The notes below the pieces were generated by a model. That model was not told the DNA's origin. It saw only the letters and a list, made by a program, of their open reading frames with translations, and did no database searches. From positions 15,252,001-15,316,000 of the forward strand of contig CM060733.1 in the NCBI GenBank assembly GCA_030704615.1: DNA of 64,000 bases, written 5' to 3'. The stretch is from Takakia lepidozioides (lineage: Eukaryota; Plantae; Bryophyta). Position numbers and translations under genes: made by a program. This document shows, in pieces, positions 1 to 11,115 of the stretch. Every line of letters begins with the position of its first letter. The stretch's first letter is position 1.

Positions 1-644
1 GCACCCCGTGGTCCTCACATGCTCGCCCCCACTCACTGCCTATACCGTCTCGGTAGGCAGAGAGACCATCGAGGGAAGTGTACTCCGCACTCTGCGTTGC
101 TCAGCCATAGCCAAGCTGATAATCCAGGTCAAGCAATTGAGATCCATTGCTTGCCCCAACACTTGACGATGTGATGCCTCAAAAAGAGACGACACCGCCG
201 TGGTACCAGTGGTAAAACTATTGTTGGTATCATTTCTATGCTATCAAAAGCCTCGCTCTTTGCTCTTGCTATTCTGGTACTTGAACCTTTGCCTTAGTGG
301 AAGTGGCATTAGCCGCCTTCAACACGTCTTTCAACGTCCCGCCAAACTGCGCCAACAACCCTTCCCAAAAGACTGCCGGCATGGGAGGCATCTCTTGGTT
401 TGTCGGAGCTCTCAAGGATTCCTCGGGCTCCGACTCCTCGGATTCCTCCCGCTCTTGAGCGGCCTCGTTTTCGGAAACATGCATCGCTTCCTCAAACGGC
501 CGCCTCCGTGACACATCGCCCCCATCGGGCTCACCAGGATCATCATCTTTTGGGCCGTTCCGCTTTCGCTTCGGCTTGCCCGACCCCATGATGAGGCCAA
601 TCCCAAGGACGATCGCGTACTGAACTCTAGGCTCTGATACCAAG
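1..644 (-). mobile_element. 5' internal region of an LTR retrotransposon (degraded gag-like leader), running off the window start
   Basis: On the minus strand, the LTR end ...GCGCGACA is followed after 2 nt by PBS TGGTATCAGAGC (631-642). Next comes a basic/acidic low-complexity ORF (269-643) with downstream stops. Confidence 0.75.
631..642 (-). other. Primer binding site complementary to the tRNA-iMet 3' end
   Basis: Plus-strand gctctgatacca = TGGTATCAGAGC on the minus strand, 2 nt from the LTR boundary. Confidence 0.9.
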
Positions 645-1205
645 TGTCGCGCACCTCACTTCGGTAAGCTCCCCCTCAAGTCATAGTTACTCGCTTTGAT
701 GCGCGCGCCTGACTCCCAACCTGGCCGCCTGGCCAACTTGGAGCTTCGGCTGCTTACCGGGGCATAACGGTCCCCCCTTTGTTCTCCCAAAGAACCCTCC
801 ACCGATTTGGAACCAGAGGGAATTCCCTTTGGTAGTTGGCAGTCCGGAACAGCTCCCCACTCTTTGGTCGCTTTCCGGCCGCTCGCTTACTCACTAGTTT
901 TTGGTCACCAACGGGCTTGCACCGTTCTCGGGGTTACTACTCCCTATATATACTTCTGTAGCTGTCCGCGGGGGTTTCACAACCAGCCATGCCATTTTAT
1001 GGCGAACCACCACGAAAACCCTCGACTCCCGGTGATGAGTCGCGGTGAGTCTTGGCCCACTCACCACGACCCCTATGGACCGTTATGCCCCGGTAAGCAG
1101 CCGAAGCTCCAAGTTGGCCAGGCGGCCAGGTTGGGAGTCAGGCGCGCGCATCAAAGCGAGTAACTATGACTTGAGGGGGAGCTTACCGAAGTGAGGTGCG
1201 CGACA
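645..1205 (-). mobile_element. LTR (TG...CA), rearranged, with perfect 129-bp terminal inverted repeats
   Basis: 645-773 is the exact reverse complement of 1077-1205. 645-1083 aligns closely with the solo LTR at 40792-41519. Confidence 0.9.
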
Positions 1206-1900
1206 ACTCATGTCTTAAGTTCACAAGCCAATCATAGTAGTAATAGGCTTGGTTATATAAACCAATCACCATCTCAGTCACTGTAAGCATATACATTTCA
1301 TGAGCCATTCTCCAGCCTCTCCCTCACTCTCAGTCCAGCCCCACACACTCCCTTCTCCATCAGTTCATCACTCCAAAGATCATTCCTCCGCCATACACCC
1401 CAACCTCTTACTCACTTAGATTTACCCTAAACCTTGCTCGGTTCTGCCTCTACCTCTGCTTTACACAAAACCCTACCCTAAACCCTACACATCATGAAAA
1501 TGCTCAATCGCTTCCACAATCTGAGAGGAACTAAGGGTGAGATTGTACTCATAAGACGTTGTTTGTCGTAGCCTTGTGGCCATTGACCCCGCGCCCAGTT
1601 TGAGGGGGAACAAAAGGAACAGAACCTACCTCTGTCAGGGGCTGACGTTGGTAGTAAGACTTACCTTCATATAAAGACCGCATGTCCTCCTTCCAACTAA
1701 GTTCAGCAGATGTTCAACAATCCTTTCACCATCTCTTCACACAAGACATCCCCTACTTTAATGATTGTACCGCTGGCATGAGCAACATCTAAAGGCAGTA
1801 CACCAGCAACACTTCACCAGCAGAGACACCCATTCCGTAGCACTTTCATGACCTCCTACTGTAATTCAGAATGTTGTTCCTTCTCCCATGAATATCAAAC

Positions 1901-2243
1901 CCCGCGATCGCGGTTGTCCCACCATCGTGCATGCCTTCATGCCCCGATTCTAGGGCTTGAGTCCCTGTCTACCCCCTATCCCACCAGCTCCGCTCGTCAT
2001 TGTACATTGAGAAAAACCACACCTTGCGATCACGGTTGTCCCATCATCGTGCACGCCTTCATGCCCCGATTCTAGGTCTTGAGTCCCTGTCTGCCCCCTA
2101 TCCCACCAGCTTTGCTCGTCATTGTACATTGAGAAAAAGCCACACCTTGCGATCGCGGTTGTCCCACCATCGTGCACACCTTCATGCCCCGATTCTAGGT
2201 CTTGAGTCCATGTCTGTCCCTATCCCACCAGCTCCGCTCGTCG
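1901..2243. repeat. About 121-bp tandem repeat, ~3 copies; a partial unit resumes at 3330-3373
   Basis: The unit gcgatc(g/a)cggttgtccca(c/t)catcgtgca...gagaaaaa(g)ccacacctt is repeated. Confidence 0.9.
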
Positions 2244-2263
2244 TCTCTCATGATCAAACTCGA

Positions 2264-3330
2264 CACTATAAAAAACAAACATAGCTCTGTCATGTTTGTC
2301 TTTCACGATCAAACTTGACACAAAGAAAACAAACAGAGGCCACAATGGCAGGGAAGACAAAAAAAATGCGAAGTCCCCTCACTCATGACTGGATGGATGA
2401 ATGTAGCGATAGATGGATGGATTTTGGGTTTTCCATCAACACACAAATCACTAAAGTTTTTCACCACAGAAGTAATACCAATCACTGGTGTGTATGTAAT
2501 CACTAACGCGTAACCACTGGCCGAGTGGTTCCAGTTACTAAATGGTCTGTAACCACTCACTCTACACCACTCTCAAAGTGGTACCAATCAATGGGGGTCT
2601 TTAACCACTCTAGATCTATGTATATTGTCCCCGTCCACGTGGAATAATATAGTTCATAATTAAATATATTTCGAAATGATAAATCTTAAATAAAAATCAA
2701 ATTATTACACGTGGAGTAGCAAGTGGTTTCAATCACCTCCCATCACTCAGGTGTCTTCAACCACTCACAACCCACCCCAGAAGTAGTACCAATCACTCAC
2801 GTGTATGTAACCACTCACAAGTGCCCACTTGAAGAGTGGTTCCAGTTACAAAAGGGTCTTAACCACTCACATTCCACCACTGTGCAAGTGGTACCAATCA
2901 CTGGGGGGTCTTTAACCACTCCAGATCTACGTTACTATCCTCGTCCACGTGGAATAATATATTTTGAAATGATAAAAATCTTAAAAAATAAATTATTACA
3001 CGTGGAGTAGACAGTGGTTTCAACCACTTCCCATCACTGAGGTATCTTTAACCACTTATAATTTATCACTGTACCCGTCCATGTCGGATATTATCATTAT
3101 TAATATAAATATTTGACCAAATGTCGAATAATAAATATAAAATTAAATATTACACGTGAATTACTCAGTGGTTGAAACCACTTCCAACCACTCCATATTT
3201 TGCCACCGTGGCATTTCATCGGAATTAACCACTGACCAGTGGTTACCATTTACTTGGAGTGATTTATAGAGTGATAAAAGACAAGAGTGGTTAAGGGGGC
3301 CAGTGGTTATTCCGCGTTTTTCTTCTAGTG
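2264..3330. mobile_element. Non-autonomous CACTA-like element with dense subterminal repeats and an internal ~310-bp duplication
   Basis: CACTA at 2264 and TAGTG ending at 3330. Many AACCACT/AGTGGT motifs occur in both orientations, and 2470-2770 resembles 2780-3060. The flanks (cga/aga) differ by 1 nt, so the left boundary is uncertain. Confidence 0.6.
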
Positions 3331-3759
3331 AGAAAAAGCCACACCTTGTGATTGCGGTTGTCCCACCATCGTGAAGAAATTCAGGGCCAAGTCTGATGAG
3401 AGGTCAAAACAGGCTGAAATAGGTCGAAGAAGAAGGTGCCCTCACCACATTGTCCTCGACCTTGTGTCATGACCCATGGAGGATTTGACTGACCATGAAC
3501 ACAATAGGACCTCTTGTGTGTGTTGCTTATGTCTGTAGTCAGGTAATGTCGTATTTGTCTGTAAGAACCACCACGGTGCAGTTGAGCGGGCATCGATTGA
3601 AACATGGACTGCTAAGACCAAGCTGTCTCTCCCAATAACCTTGTAAACATCATGAAGAATACCAAATCATGGTACTAACATGAGCCAAGAGCCCATTGCG
3701 GTTGCGGTGCAGGTTGTGCTACGCCTCTTCCTGCATCAGTAGCTCAAGAAAGGTCTACA

Positions 3760-4192
3760 AAGCCTCCATCCTACGCCCCTATCCAACGATCATTGCGTTC
3801 CATGACCCAACACAACAGCTCGATACTAAGAAACCGCGCAGGAGAAAGAAAAAGAAAAACTAAGTCCCAACCCTCTCATGCGCAACCCTATAAACAACTT
3901 TTAAAAAAAAATTAACCTTTTGGCTACCAGGCTTGCACTAGAAGTCATTCTGGCGACTATTTGGTGGTGAGCTCGCGCTGGTCAACCATCCGTTTAGTGC
4001 GGAGCCATTCAGTCATGACGACGTCTACCAGTAACCAAAGTAGTCGCCCAGAGGACTACGTAGTCACGTAGTCATTTCAACGACTACGTGAAGCCCCATT
4101 TGATCCAAAAATATAGGAAAGTCATGGTCAAAGTCAGAAAAACCATGACTACTACGGCTCGGCAGTAAGATATACTATGATCTGTTGTAGTG
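3760..4192. mobile_element. Right-end remnant of a CACTA element related to the Pack-CACTA at 44173-49640
   Basis: 3790-3930 resembles 49020-49180 (PPR scrap + gctcgatactaagaaa...ctaagtccca...caaccctaaa). GACTAC/GTAGTC subterminal repeats occur at 4010-4155, and the stretch ends GTAGTG at 4192. Confidence 0.65.
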
Positions 4193-4320
4193 TGTGCATG
4201 GATAGCTGAAGGAGCAGGGATAGAGTGTGGGTCCAGATTCATCCAAGAGGGCCGGACTATTACGTATGTTTCCCTGTGGATCAATAGCTACAAGAAACCT
4301 GCATGGGTAGATGGTCAACT
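4193..4320 (+). pseudogene. OSB-like (organellar ssDNA-binding) intron end plus PDF-motif exon fragment
   Basis: gggtccag|ATT CAT CCA AGA GGG CCG GAC...TCC CTG TGG ATC AAT AGC TAC AAG AAA CCT GCA TGG GTA = IHPRGPD...SLWINSYKKPAWV, with FKHK deleted relative to other copies. Confidence 0.7.
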
Positions 4321-7300
4321 ACATCACATTTGTTTGTGTTTGCAATACGTGTACAAGTCTGGGAGCTCTGGAAAAGGGGAAAGAGGTCCATGGTGACATC
4401 GTTAAAGTTGGAATTGTACCAGATGTCATTCTGAACACTGCCCTGGTGGACATGTATGCCAAATGTGGGTGCATTAAGGATGCGAAGGGAGTTTTCAACA
4501 CTATGGCTGAAGAGATGTGATGTCATGGAACGTGAGCCTGGCAGCTCTGGAAAAGGGCAATTGTACCAAATGTCATTCTAAACAATACCGTTTGTTTGCA
4601 TTTGCAATGCGTGTGCAAGCCTGGCAACCCTGGAAAAGTGCAAAGAGGTCCATGGTGACATCGTCAAATCTAGAATTTTACCCGACGTCATTCTGAACAC
4701 TGCCCTGGTGGACATGCATGCCAAATGTGGGTGCATTAAGGATGCGAAGGGAGTTTTCAACACTATGGCTGAACGAGATGTGGTGTCATGGAACCTGGGG
4801 GGGGTCACTCTTCATTAGGCCAGAACACCATCTGCGATCAATACTTTACCGGAGAGGGGGTTTTGAAAAAAAACAATTGTACGAAATATATGTATGGGAA
4901 ATGGTATGTTTGGTTAAAATATTGAAGTATACGTAGGGGATAATGCATTTACATAAACTTTACAAAGATCTATAAATACATATAAGAGTACAAGGTTTTT
5001 TTTTTTTTTTTTTTTTTTTTTCCTGCATTTGTTGATGGGATTGACCCTAAGACCTAAATTTTTGTCTCTTTTTGTACGGGGGGGGGGGGCTTTTTAAAAA
5101 ATAAAAATTTGTACAAGTTTTTATACACAAGGGATGGGTAAATTGGTAATTAAAATACATACAGGGGGTCAATATCAGTGTACAATTCTAAGTACAGAGG
5201 TATTAAAAAACATGTCTTGATCGCACATGTTATGAGATTTATATGAATAGTGAACCCCCCGAGCATGGAACGCGAGCCTGGCAACTCTGGGAGGTCCATG
5301 GCGACATTGTCAGAGCTACAATTGTACCAAATGTCATTATGAACAATACCGTCGTGGACATGTATGAAGGAGTGTGCGACAGTATGGCTGAACGAGATGT
5401 GGTGTCGTGGAGTGCGATGATTGCAGGATATGCACAACAAGGGCGCGAGATGGAGGCTTTGGAGACCTATGAGCAAATGATGTGCAAAGCGGTGAAGCCC
5501 AACCACATAACGTTTGTTTGCATTTGCAATGCGTGTGCAAGCCTGGCAGCCCTGGAAAAGTGCAAAGAGGTCCATGGTGACATCATCAAATCTGGAATTT
5601 TACCCGATGTCTTCTGAACACTGCCCTGGTGGACATGCATGTCAAATGTGGGTGCATCGAGGATGTCAAGTGATTATTTGACAGTATGGCTGAACGAAAC
5701 GAAATGTGGTGTTGTGGAGTGCGATGATTGCAGGATATGCACAGCAAGGATGCAGGATAGAGGCTTTGGAGACCTATGAGCAAATGATGTGCGAAAGGGT
5801 GAAGCCCAACCACATCACATTTGTTTGTGTTTGCAGTGCGTTTGCAAGCCTGGGAGCCCTGGAAAAGGGGAAAGAGGTCCATGGTGACGTCGTCAAAGCT
5901 AGAATTGTACTAGATGTCATCTTGAACACTGCCTTGGTGGACATGTATGCCAAATGTGGGTGCATTAAGGATGTGAAGGGAGTTTGGCTGAACGAGATGT
6001 GGTGTCGTGGAATGCCATGCTTGCAGGGTATGCACAACAGGGGTGCGGGATGGAGGCTTTGGAGACTTATGAGCAAATGATGGGGGAAGGGTTGAAGCCC
6101 GACCACATCACGTTTGTGTGCGTTTGCAGTACGTGTGCAAGCCTGGGAGTCCTGGAAAAGGGCAAAGAGGTGCATGGTTGCATCGCCAAAGCTGGAATTG
6201 TACCAGATGTGATTCTGAACAATACCCTTGTGGACATGTATGCGAAATGTGGGAGCATTGAGGATGCAGAGGTAATGTTCAACAATATGGCTGAATGAGA
6301 TTTGATGTCCTGGAACGCCATGCTTGCAGGATATGCACAACAGGGTGCGGGATGGAGCCTTGGAGACATATGAGCAAATGATGGGGAAAGGGGGGAAGCC
6401 CGACCGCATCACGTTTGTGTGCGTTTGCAGTACGTGTGCAAGCCTGACAGCCCTGGAAAAGGGCAAAGAGGTGCATGGTTGCATCGCCAAAGCTGGAATT
6501 GTACCAGATGTGATTCTGAACAATGCCCTCGTGGACATGTATGCGAAATGTGGGAGCATTGAGGATGCAAAGGTAATGTTCAACAATATGGCTGAACGAG
6601 ATTTGGTGTCCTGGAACGCCATGCTTGCAGGATATGCATAGCAGGGGTACGGGATGGAGGCTTTGGAGACCAATGAACAAATGATGGGGGAACGGGTGAA
6701 GTGCAACCACATCATGTTTCTGTGCGTTTGCAATGCTTGTGCAAGCCTGACAGCCTTGGAAAAGGGCAAAGGGTGCATGGCGACATCATCAAAGCTGGAA
6801 TTGTACCAAATGTCATTCTGGACATTGCCATGATGAACATGTATGCGACATGTGGGTGCATTGAGAATGCAAAGGGAGTATTTGACAATGTGGCTGAATG
6901 AAATGTGGTGTCGTGGAATCCGATGATCGCAGGATATGCCCAGCATGGTTGTCATAGGGAGGTCCTGCAACTATTTGAAGGAATGCAAAAGAACGGCTTG
7001 AAGCCGGACAGTATCACCTTTATATGTGTTCTCTCTGTATGCAGCCACACTGGCCTACTGAATTAAGGAAGACGCTACTTCGATTCCCTAAGTCAAGATC
7101 ATGGTATCACCCCGCCAGTAAAGCACTTTGGCTGCATGGTGGACCTTCTGGACGAACGGGACAAGTATATGACGCAGTGGACCTGATTAATAAAATGCCA
7201 ATCAATCCAGATGTTGTGGTGTGGAAGGCCTTGCTTGGTGCATGCAGAATCCATGACAATGTGGAGATGGCTGAATGTGTGGCAACATCTATCCTCAAGT

Positions 7301-7742
7301 GGGATGAGCAGGATGCCGCGACTTATGTGTTGCTATATCAAACATCTATGTTGCAGCTGACACGTGGGATGATACTGCAAAGGTGAGAAGAATGATGAAG
7401 GTCAGAGGGGTTAGAAAGGAGCCAGATGACAAGTTGCATCCCAGAATTAAGGAAATCCATGCTGAGCTGAGAAGATTGTCTGGGCAGATGAAGGAGGCGG
7501 GGTATGTGCCTGACACACGCTTTTTATTGCATGATGTGGAGGAAAGAAATTTTCTATTTGCCACCAAGCTAGCCAATGGTTTTGGGCTGATCAGCACGAC
7601 TCATCAAGAATCTTCGAGTGTGTGGAGAGTGCCACACATCCACCAAATTCAAAGATTGTTGGCCGAGCAATTGTTGTATGGGACGCTAACTACTTTCCAC
7701 CACTTTGAAGATGGGATTTGTTCTTGTGGTGATTACTGGTGA
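4317..7742 (+). pseudogene. PLS-class PPR protein with E/DYW domain, disrupted
   Basis: Repeated P-L-S triplets (ERDVVSWNAMLAGYAQQG...; HITFVCVCSTCASL...; DVILNNALVDMYAKCGSIEDA). E domain MPINPDVVVWKALLGACRIH; KNLRVCGECH; ends HHFEDGICSCGDYW*. It has many frameshifts and stops, lacks the PG box and HSE motif, and contains a MITE insertion. Confidence 0.93.
4795..5263. mobile_element. MITE with ~21-bp TIRs and an 8-bp TSD, inserted in the PPR pseudogene
   Basis: Left end CTGGGGGGGGTCACTCTTCAT; right end (reverse complement) CTCGGGGGGTTCACTATTCAT. TSD CATGGAAC at 4787-4794 and 5264-5271. Confidence 0.85.
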
Positions 7743-8349
7743 AAGGATGTTTTCTTGGAAAGATGCTAGTGTCTTGCTTCATTCATTGATCTGTGTAGCT
7801 ACTCAGACCATCCACCATTTCCTGATAGTGGGGTCTACCCGGCATAGGTGGGAAGTTAGCCCACAATTGCACTTGATTGAAGGGGTGATTTTTGATTGAT
7901 TCTGACGACAGTGGATGGTAATCAGAGTGCTGTCCTAATTCTGGGTTTGGGTGGTGGAGCTTCTCCAAAGCTTGAAGATGGAAGTGAATACAAATTTTAA
8001 TGAGCTTGATGAGAGGGGCAGCCCTGTGCACAAGTTTGTTCAACATCTTAAATTTAGACATGTTTGTTTGTTTCTCGTGGTGTGGCTTTGGATGGAGCCC
8101 TTGACGAACTTGCATGAATATTGTCAAAAGCTAAGCCTTAACCCACCAAGATCCAATCCCATTGAAAGTTCATATAGTGAATGTAAGGGTATTTGGGTAT
8201 GTTGTTATTGGTTGATGCGGCTTGTGAAAATTGAACATTGAAATGCAGATCTTTTTCTTCCAGAAAAAAACAAAACACGGGATCTCTGCATGTAACACCG
8301 TGGGGATGACCCACCCCTCTTTTGTGAAAAATTGAATGTAGTTCTCAGA

Positions 8350-8387
8350 ATTCGTCGCTAGTAGTGCGGAGCAACGCGAAGCCCTAG
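8350..8387 (+). mobile_element. Helitron-like 3' terminus
   Basis: attcgtcgctagtagtGCGGAGCaacGCGAAGCcCTAG|t. A near-identical copy lies on the minus strand at 43195-43232. Confidence 0.7.
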
Positions 8388-9414
8388 TTTTTTACTTTTA
8401 CTCTTTAAAGGGAAACCAACAGTCAGTAGCTCAGTTGGTTAATGCACTGAGTGCCACCCAGATGATTCTGGGGTCAAATCCTGTGATAAATAAAACCACC
8501 TGGGAGCGACAGCTCACAAATCAGGCCCCTCAATAGTGAGAGGAGAAAATAACTAGTGTTGTGCGGGTTCTGCCTTTTTAAGGAACCTGCCGGGTCCGGG
8601 TTCGGGTTTTTTTTTGGAGCCAAGTCTGGGTCTGGATCCGGGTTTTTGAAATTTGGAAAATCCGGGTCTGGGTTTGTCAACACGGACTCGGATTAGGGTC
8701 CAGGTAGTTATTGGGAAATATTAGCGGGTTCACAAAAAAATTCAAAAAATTTGTGTGCTTCCTAACATTCTTTAAACATGTTAAGAATAGTAATATGCCT
8801 CAAGGGTAGATCACTATAGCATGGATGTGTGGGATCTGGCCTAATAATAATATATGACGTCTCCTTTGGGAGGTGTAAATTATGGTCCCATAGGGCACAA
8901 CTTTTTGACACCACACCCTGATTGAACCCACAACCACTTTTGAGGTGGTATGTGGGCATTACCACTGGGCTACAACGTGGTGGGGGCTGGCTGCTGCAAT
9001 GGCCTATTGCTGCTCGTCCCCTCCACACATATGAAAAAACCTATCATATCTAAGGTCGACCCCGCATGCCCCATCTAAAATTAAGACCCGGACCCTGCTA
9101 CATTGGCCCCTTTGTAGCGGGTTTAACGGGTTCTGGACCCAGCAGGCGGGTCCAGGTCCGGTCCCGGGTTTTTTGTGATAGCTCGGGTTGGGGGTTGGGG
9201 TGCGGGTAACCCGGATCCTAACCCGCCGGGTACCCGCCTTCAAAACCCGGACCCGCATAACACTGTCTTGCACAGTAGCCTCGCCATGAAGGCTGAGAAA
9301 TGGGACACCGCCCAAGGGAGGAGAGTATACCACACCACTCAAGTAGCAGGATTTGACCCATAATCATCTGGGTGGCACTGAGTGCAGTAACCAACTGAGC
9401 TACTGACTGTTGGT
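8388..9414 (-). mobile_element. tRNA-derived SINE, interrupted by a hAT-type MITE and carrying an inverted copy of its own head
   Basis: Head with A box TAGCTCAGTTGG and B-box-like GGTCAAATCC at 9414-9345 (-). The body matches the copies at 26720 and 50889. A second head lies on the + strand at 8415-8483. Confidence 0.7.
8554..9265. mobile_element. hAT-type MITE with CCGGGT/ACCCGG subterminal repeats
   Basis: TIRs TAGTGTTGTGCGGGT / ACCCGCATAACACTG. No TSD is visible. Confidence 0.75.
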
Positions 9415-9699
9415 GATGTTCTTGGTTGGATCGGCCATTGCTAGGACACTGCAGTATTAATCTATGCCATTAGAACTTAGACTTGCGAAAATATGCTTTA
9501 TTCATTTTACATCTCATTGATTTTCTGGGCTCTCTACCAAAAAGATCCATTTTTATGAGATGAAGAAAAAAAAATTGTGTGCTTCCTAACCTTGCTCCGA
9601 TACCATATTAGAATTAGAACTACACAAATGCTAATTGTTGATAGTGTTAAAAAATTGTGTCTAGGTCATGCTACACAAGTTAGTACATCCAGCAAAAAT

Positions 9700-10260
9700 T
9701 GGTCTGAAAATATTCAAAATATAGATATGATGAACAAATGGTTTTTGTGGAAACAATATGTCAATTTAGTCATGCATGCAAGTGACGATGTTCTATCACA
9801 CATTCATGCATTTAAATTGCTCATAGAACAATTGGCCTCAGTGGGGGTAACTTATACAGATGAAGATAAAGTTCAAACCCTCTTTGGAAGTCTTCCTAAT
9901 TCTTTGATCGTAGTCATGACTCTTGAGAACACAACAAGATTAACCTTTCAGGATGTATCAGCCAAGTTAATTCAAGAAAACATGAGAAGAAGTAAAAATA
10001 AGAATTCCACAGAAATAGAGGATCCACAGCTTTGTGGGTTGGCGGGAGACCCCAATGAAAGGGTCAGTCAATCAAACCTCATGGTGTAGACAATCGCACA
10101 TGTGAGAATTCTATTGTTGGATCTATGAGTTCACAAACTAGATCAAACATTAATCATATCAAACTTGGCCAGAAACTTGGAATCAGATGTAATTACTGCA
10201 AGAAATACAATCATATAAAAAAGAATTGTAGAAAGTATTTGAGGGATCTCAAATTGGGAC
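9700..10260 (+). mobile_element. Ty1/copia gag remnant
   Basis: DDVLSHIHAFKLLIEQLASVGVTYTDEDKVQTLFGSLP (UBN2/Retrotran_gag_2-like), with a downstream CCHC knuckle CNYCKKYNHIKKNC at ~10188-10229; broken by a stop. Confidence 0.8.
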
Positions 10261-10674
10261 AAGTCAAAGCTGGTCACCAACAAGGAGGACAAGTCCCATA
10301 AGCTCAACCTTGGAAATCAAGGGCTTCACCTCCGAGCACTGCAGTTACATGAAAGGTCCAGTGACTTCCCTTCACTGACTATTTACTTTACCATACTTAC
10401 TAACCTACATTGGATTCACTAATCCTTCTAACAGATAACAGCAGCAGATTTGTATGACCAGAGTTTAGAAAGCTCACTCCAACTTTCTTGCCTATCACAT
10501 AAATATACTACCCACATGTGCACTGATGTCTTTGTTCCTATTCACACAACAAATCCACACACTTCTCCACTCTCTAATTCTTGCATATGGTCAACACAGA
10601 AAAATCCTGGGATAGTTTTCACTGCTTGTAAGTCAATAAATGTTTTTTTTTTCTTAGAGAGGAAGGGGAGGAAG

Positions 10675-10958
10675 CAGTGTTTTTATTTCTGGCGAAATTT
10701 CGCACTTTTTCGACCTCAAAAATCAAAATCGAATATTCTGTCGTAAATTCCCTATTTTATCATGGATGAAATCACCAAAATTCTCAAAAACAAATATAAA
10801 TCTTGGATGAATTCGCCTAATATGGATGATATACATGGATGAAAGTACAGACGAGGATGATTCTGTCCAAATTTCAGTGGATGAGCAGAAAATACGGCTA
10901 TTTCCTGCAAAACTCAGTAGCCAGTCCTGTTCTTTTCAAAATTGAAAAAAAAACACTG
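10675..10958 (+). mobile_element. hAT-type MITE, family A, copy 1
   Basis: CAGTGTTTT...AAAACACTG; TSD GGAGGAAG at 10667-10674 and 10959-10966; internal GGATGA repeats. Confidence 0.92.
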
Positions 10959-11115
10959 GGAGGAAGCCCTGGAGGGCTTTATATTTTCCTTCAAAACCGA
11001 AAATAATAATAATGATAAGGAAAACTATGGATGATAAGTGTAATTGATGAATAGAAGTTATTGTGACTGCGCTCTTGCTCATCCACGTGTATAAGCGGGA
11101 AAGGATGGATGAGGT

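Noticed and set aside
1420-1490. Telomere-like CCCTAAA motifs
   Set aside because: Only a few scattered degenerate units, not an array.
1901-2243. CRISPR-like array
   Set aside because: Whole units are repeated with no unique spacers, there are no cas genes, and the context is eukaryotic.
6290-6905. C-to-T stop codons possibly repaired by U-to-C RNA editing
   Set aside because: Such editing is organellar. This is nuclear DNA, and the locus also has frameshifts, deletions and a MITE.
5774-6970. 398-aa ORF on the minus strand
   Set aside because: Antisense shadow of the repetitive PPR array, with no independent domain.
8415-8490. tRNA gene (A and B boxes), also at 26720, 50889 and 9414
   Set aside because: No convincing cloverleaf. 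Shared non-tRNA body and A-rich tail indicate a SINE.
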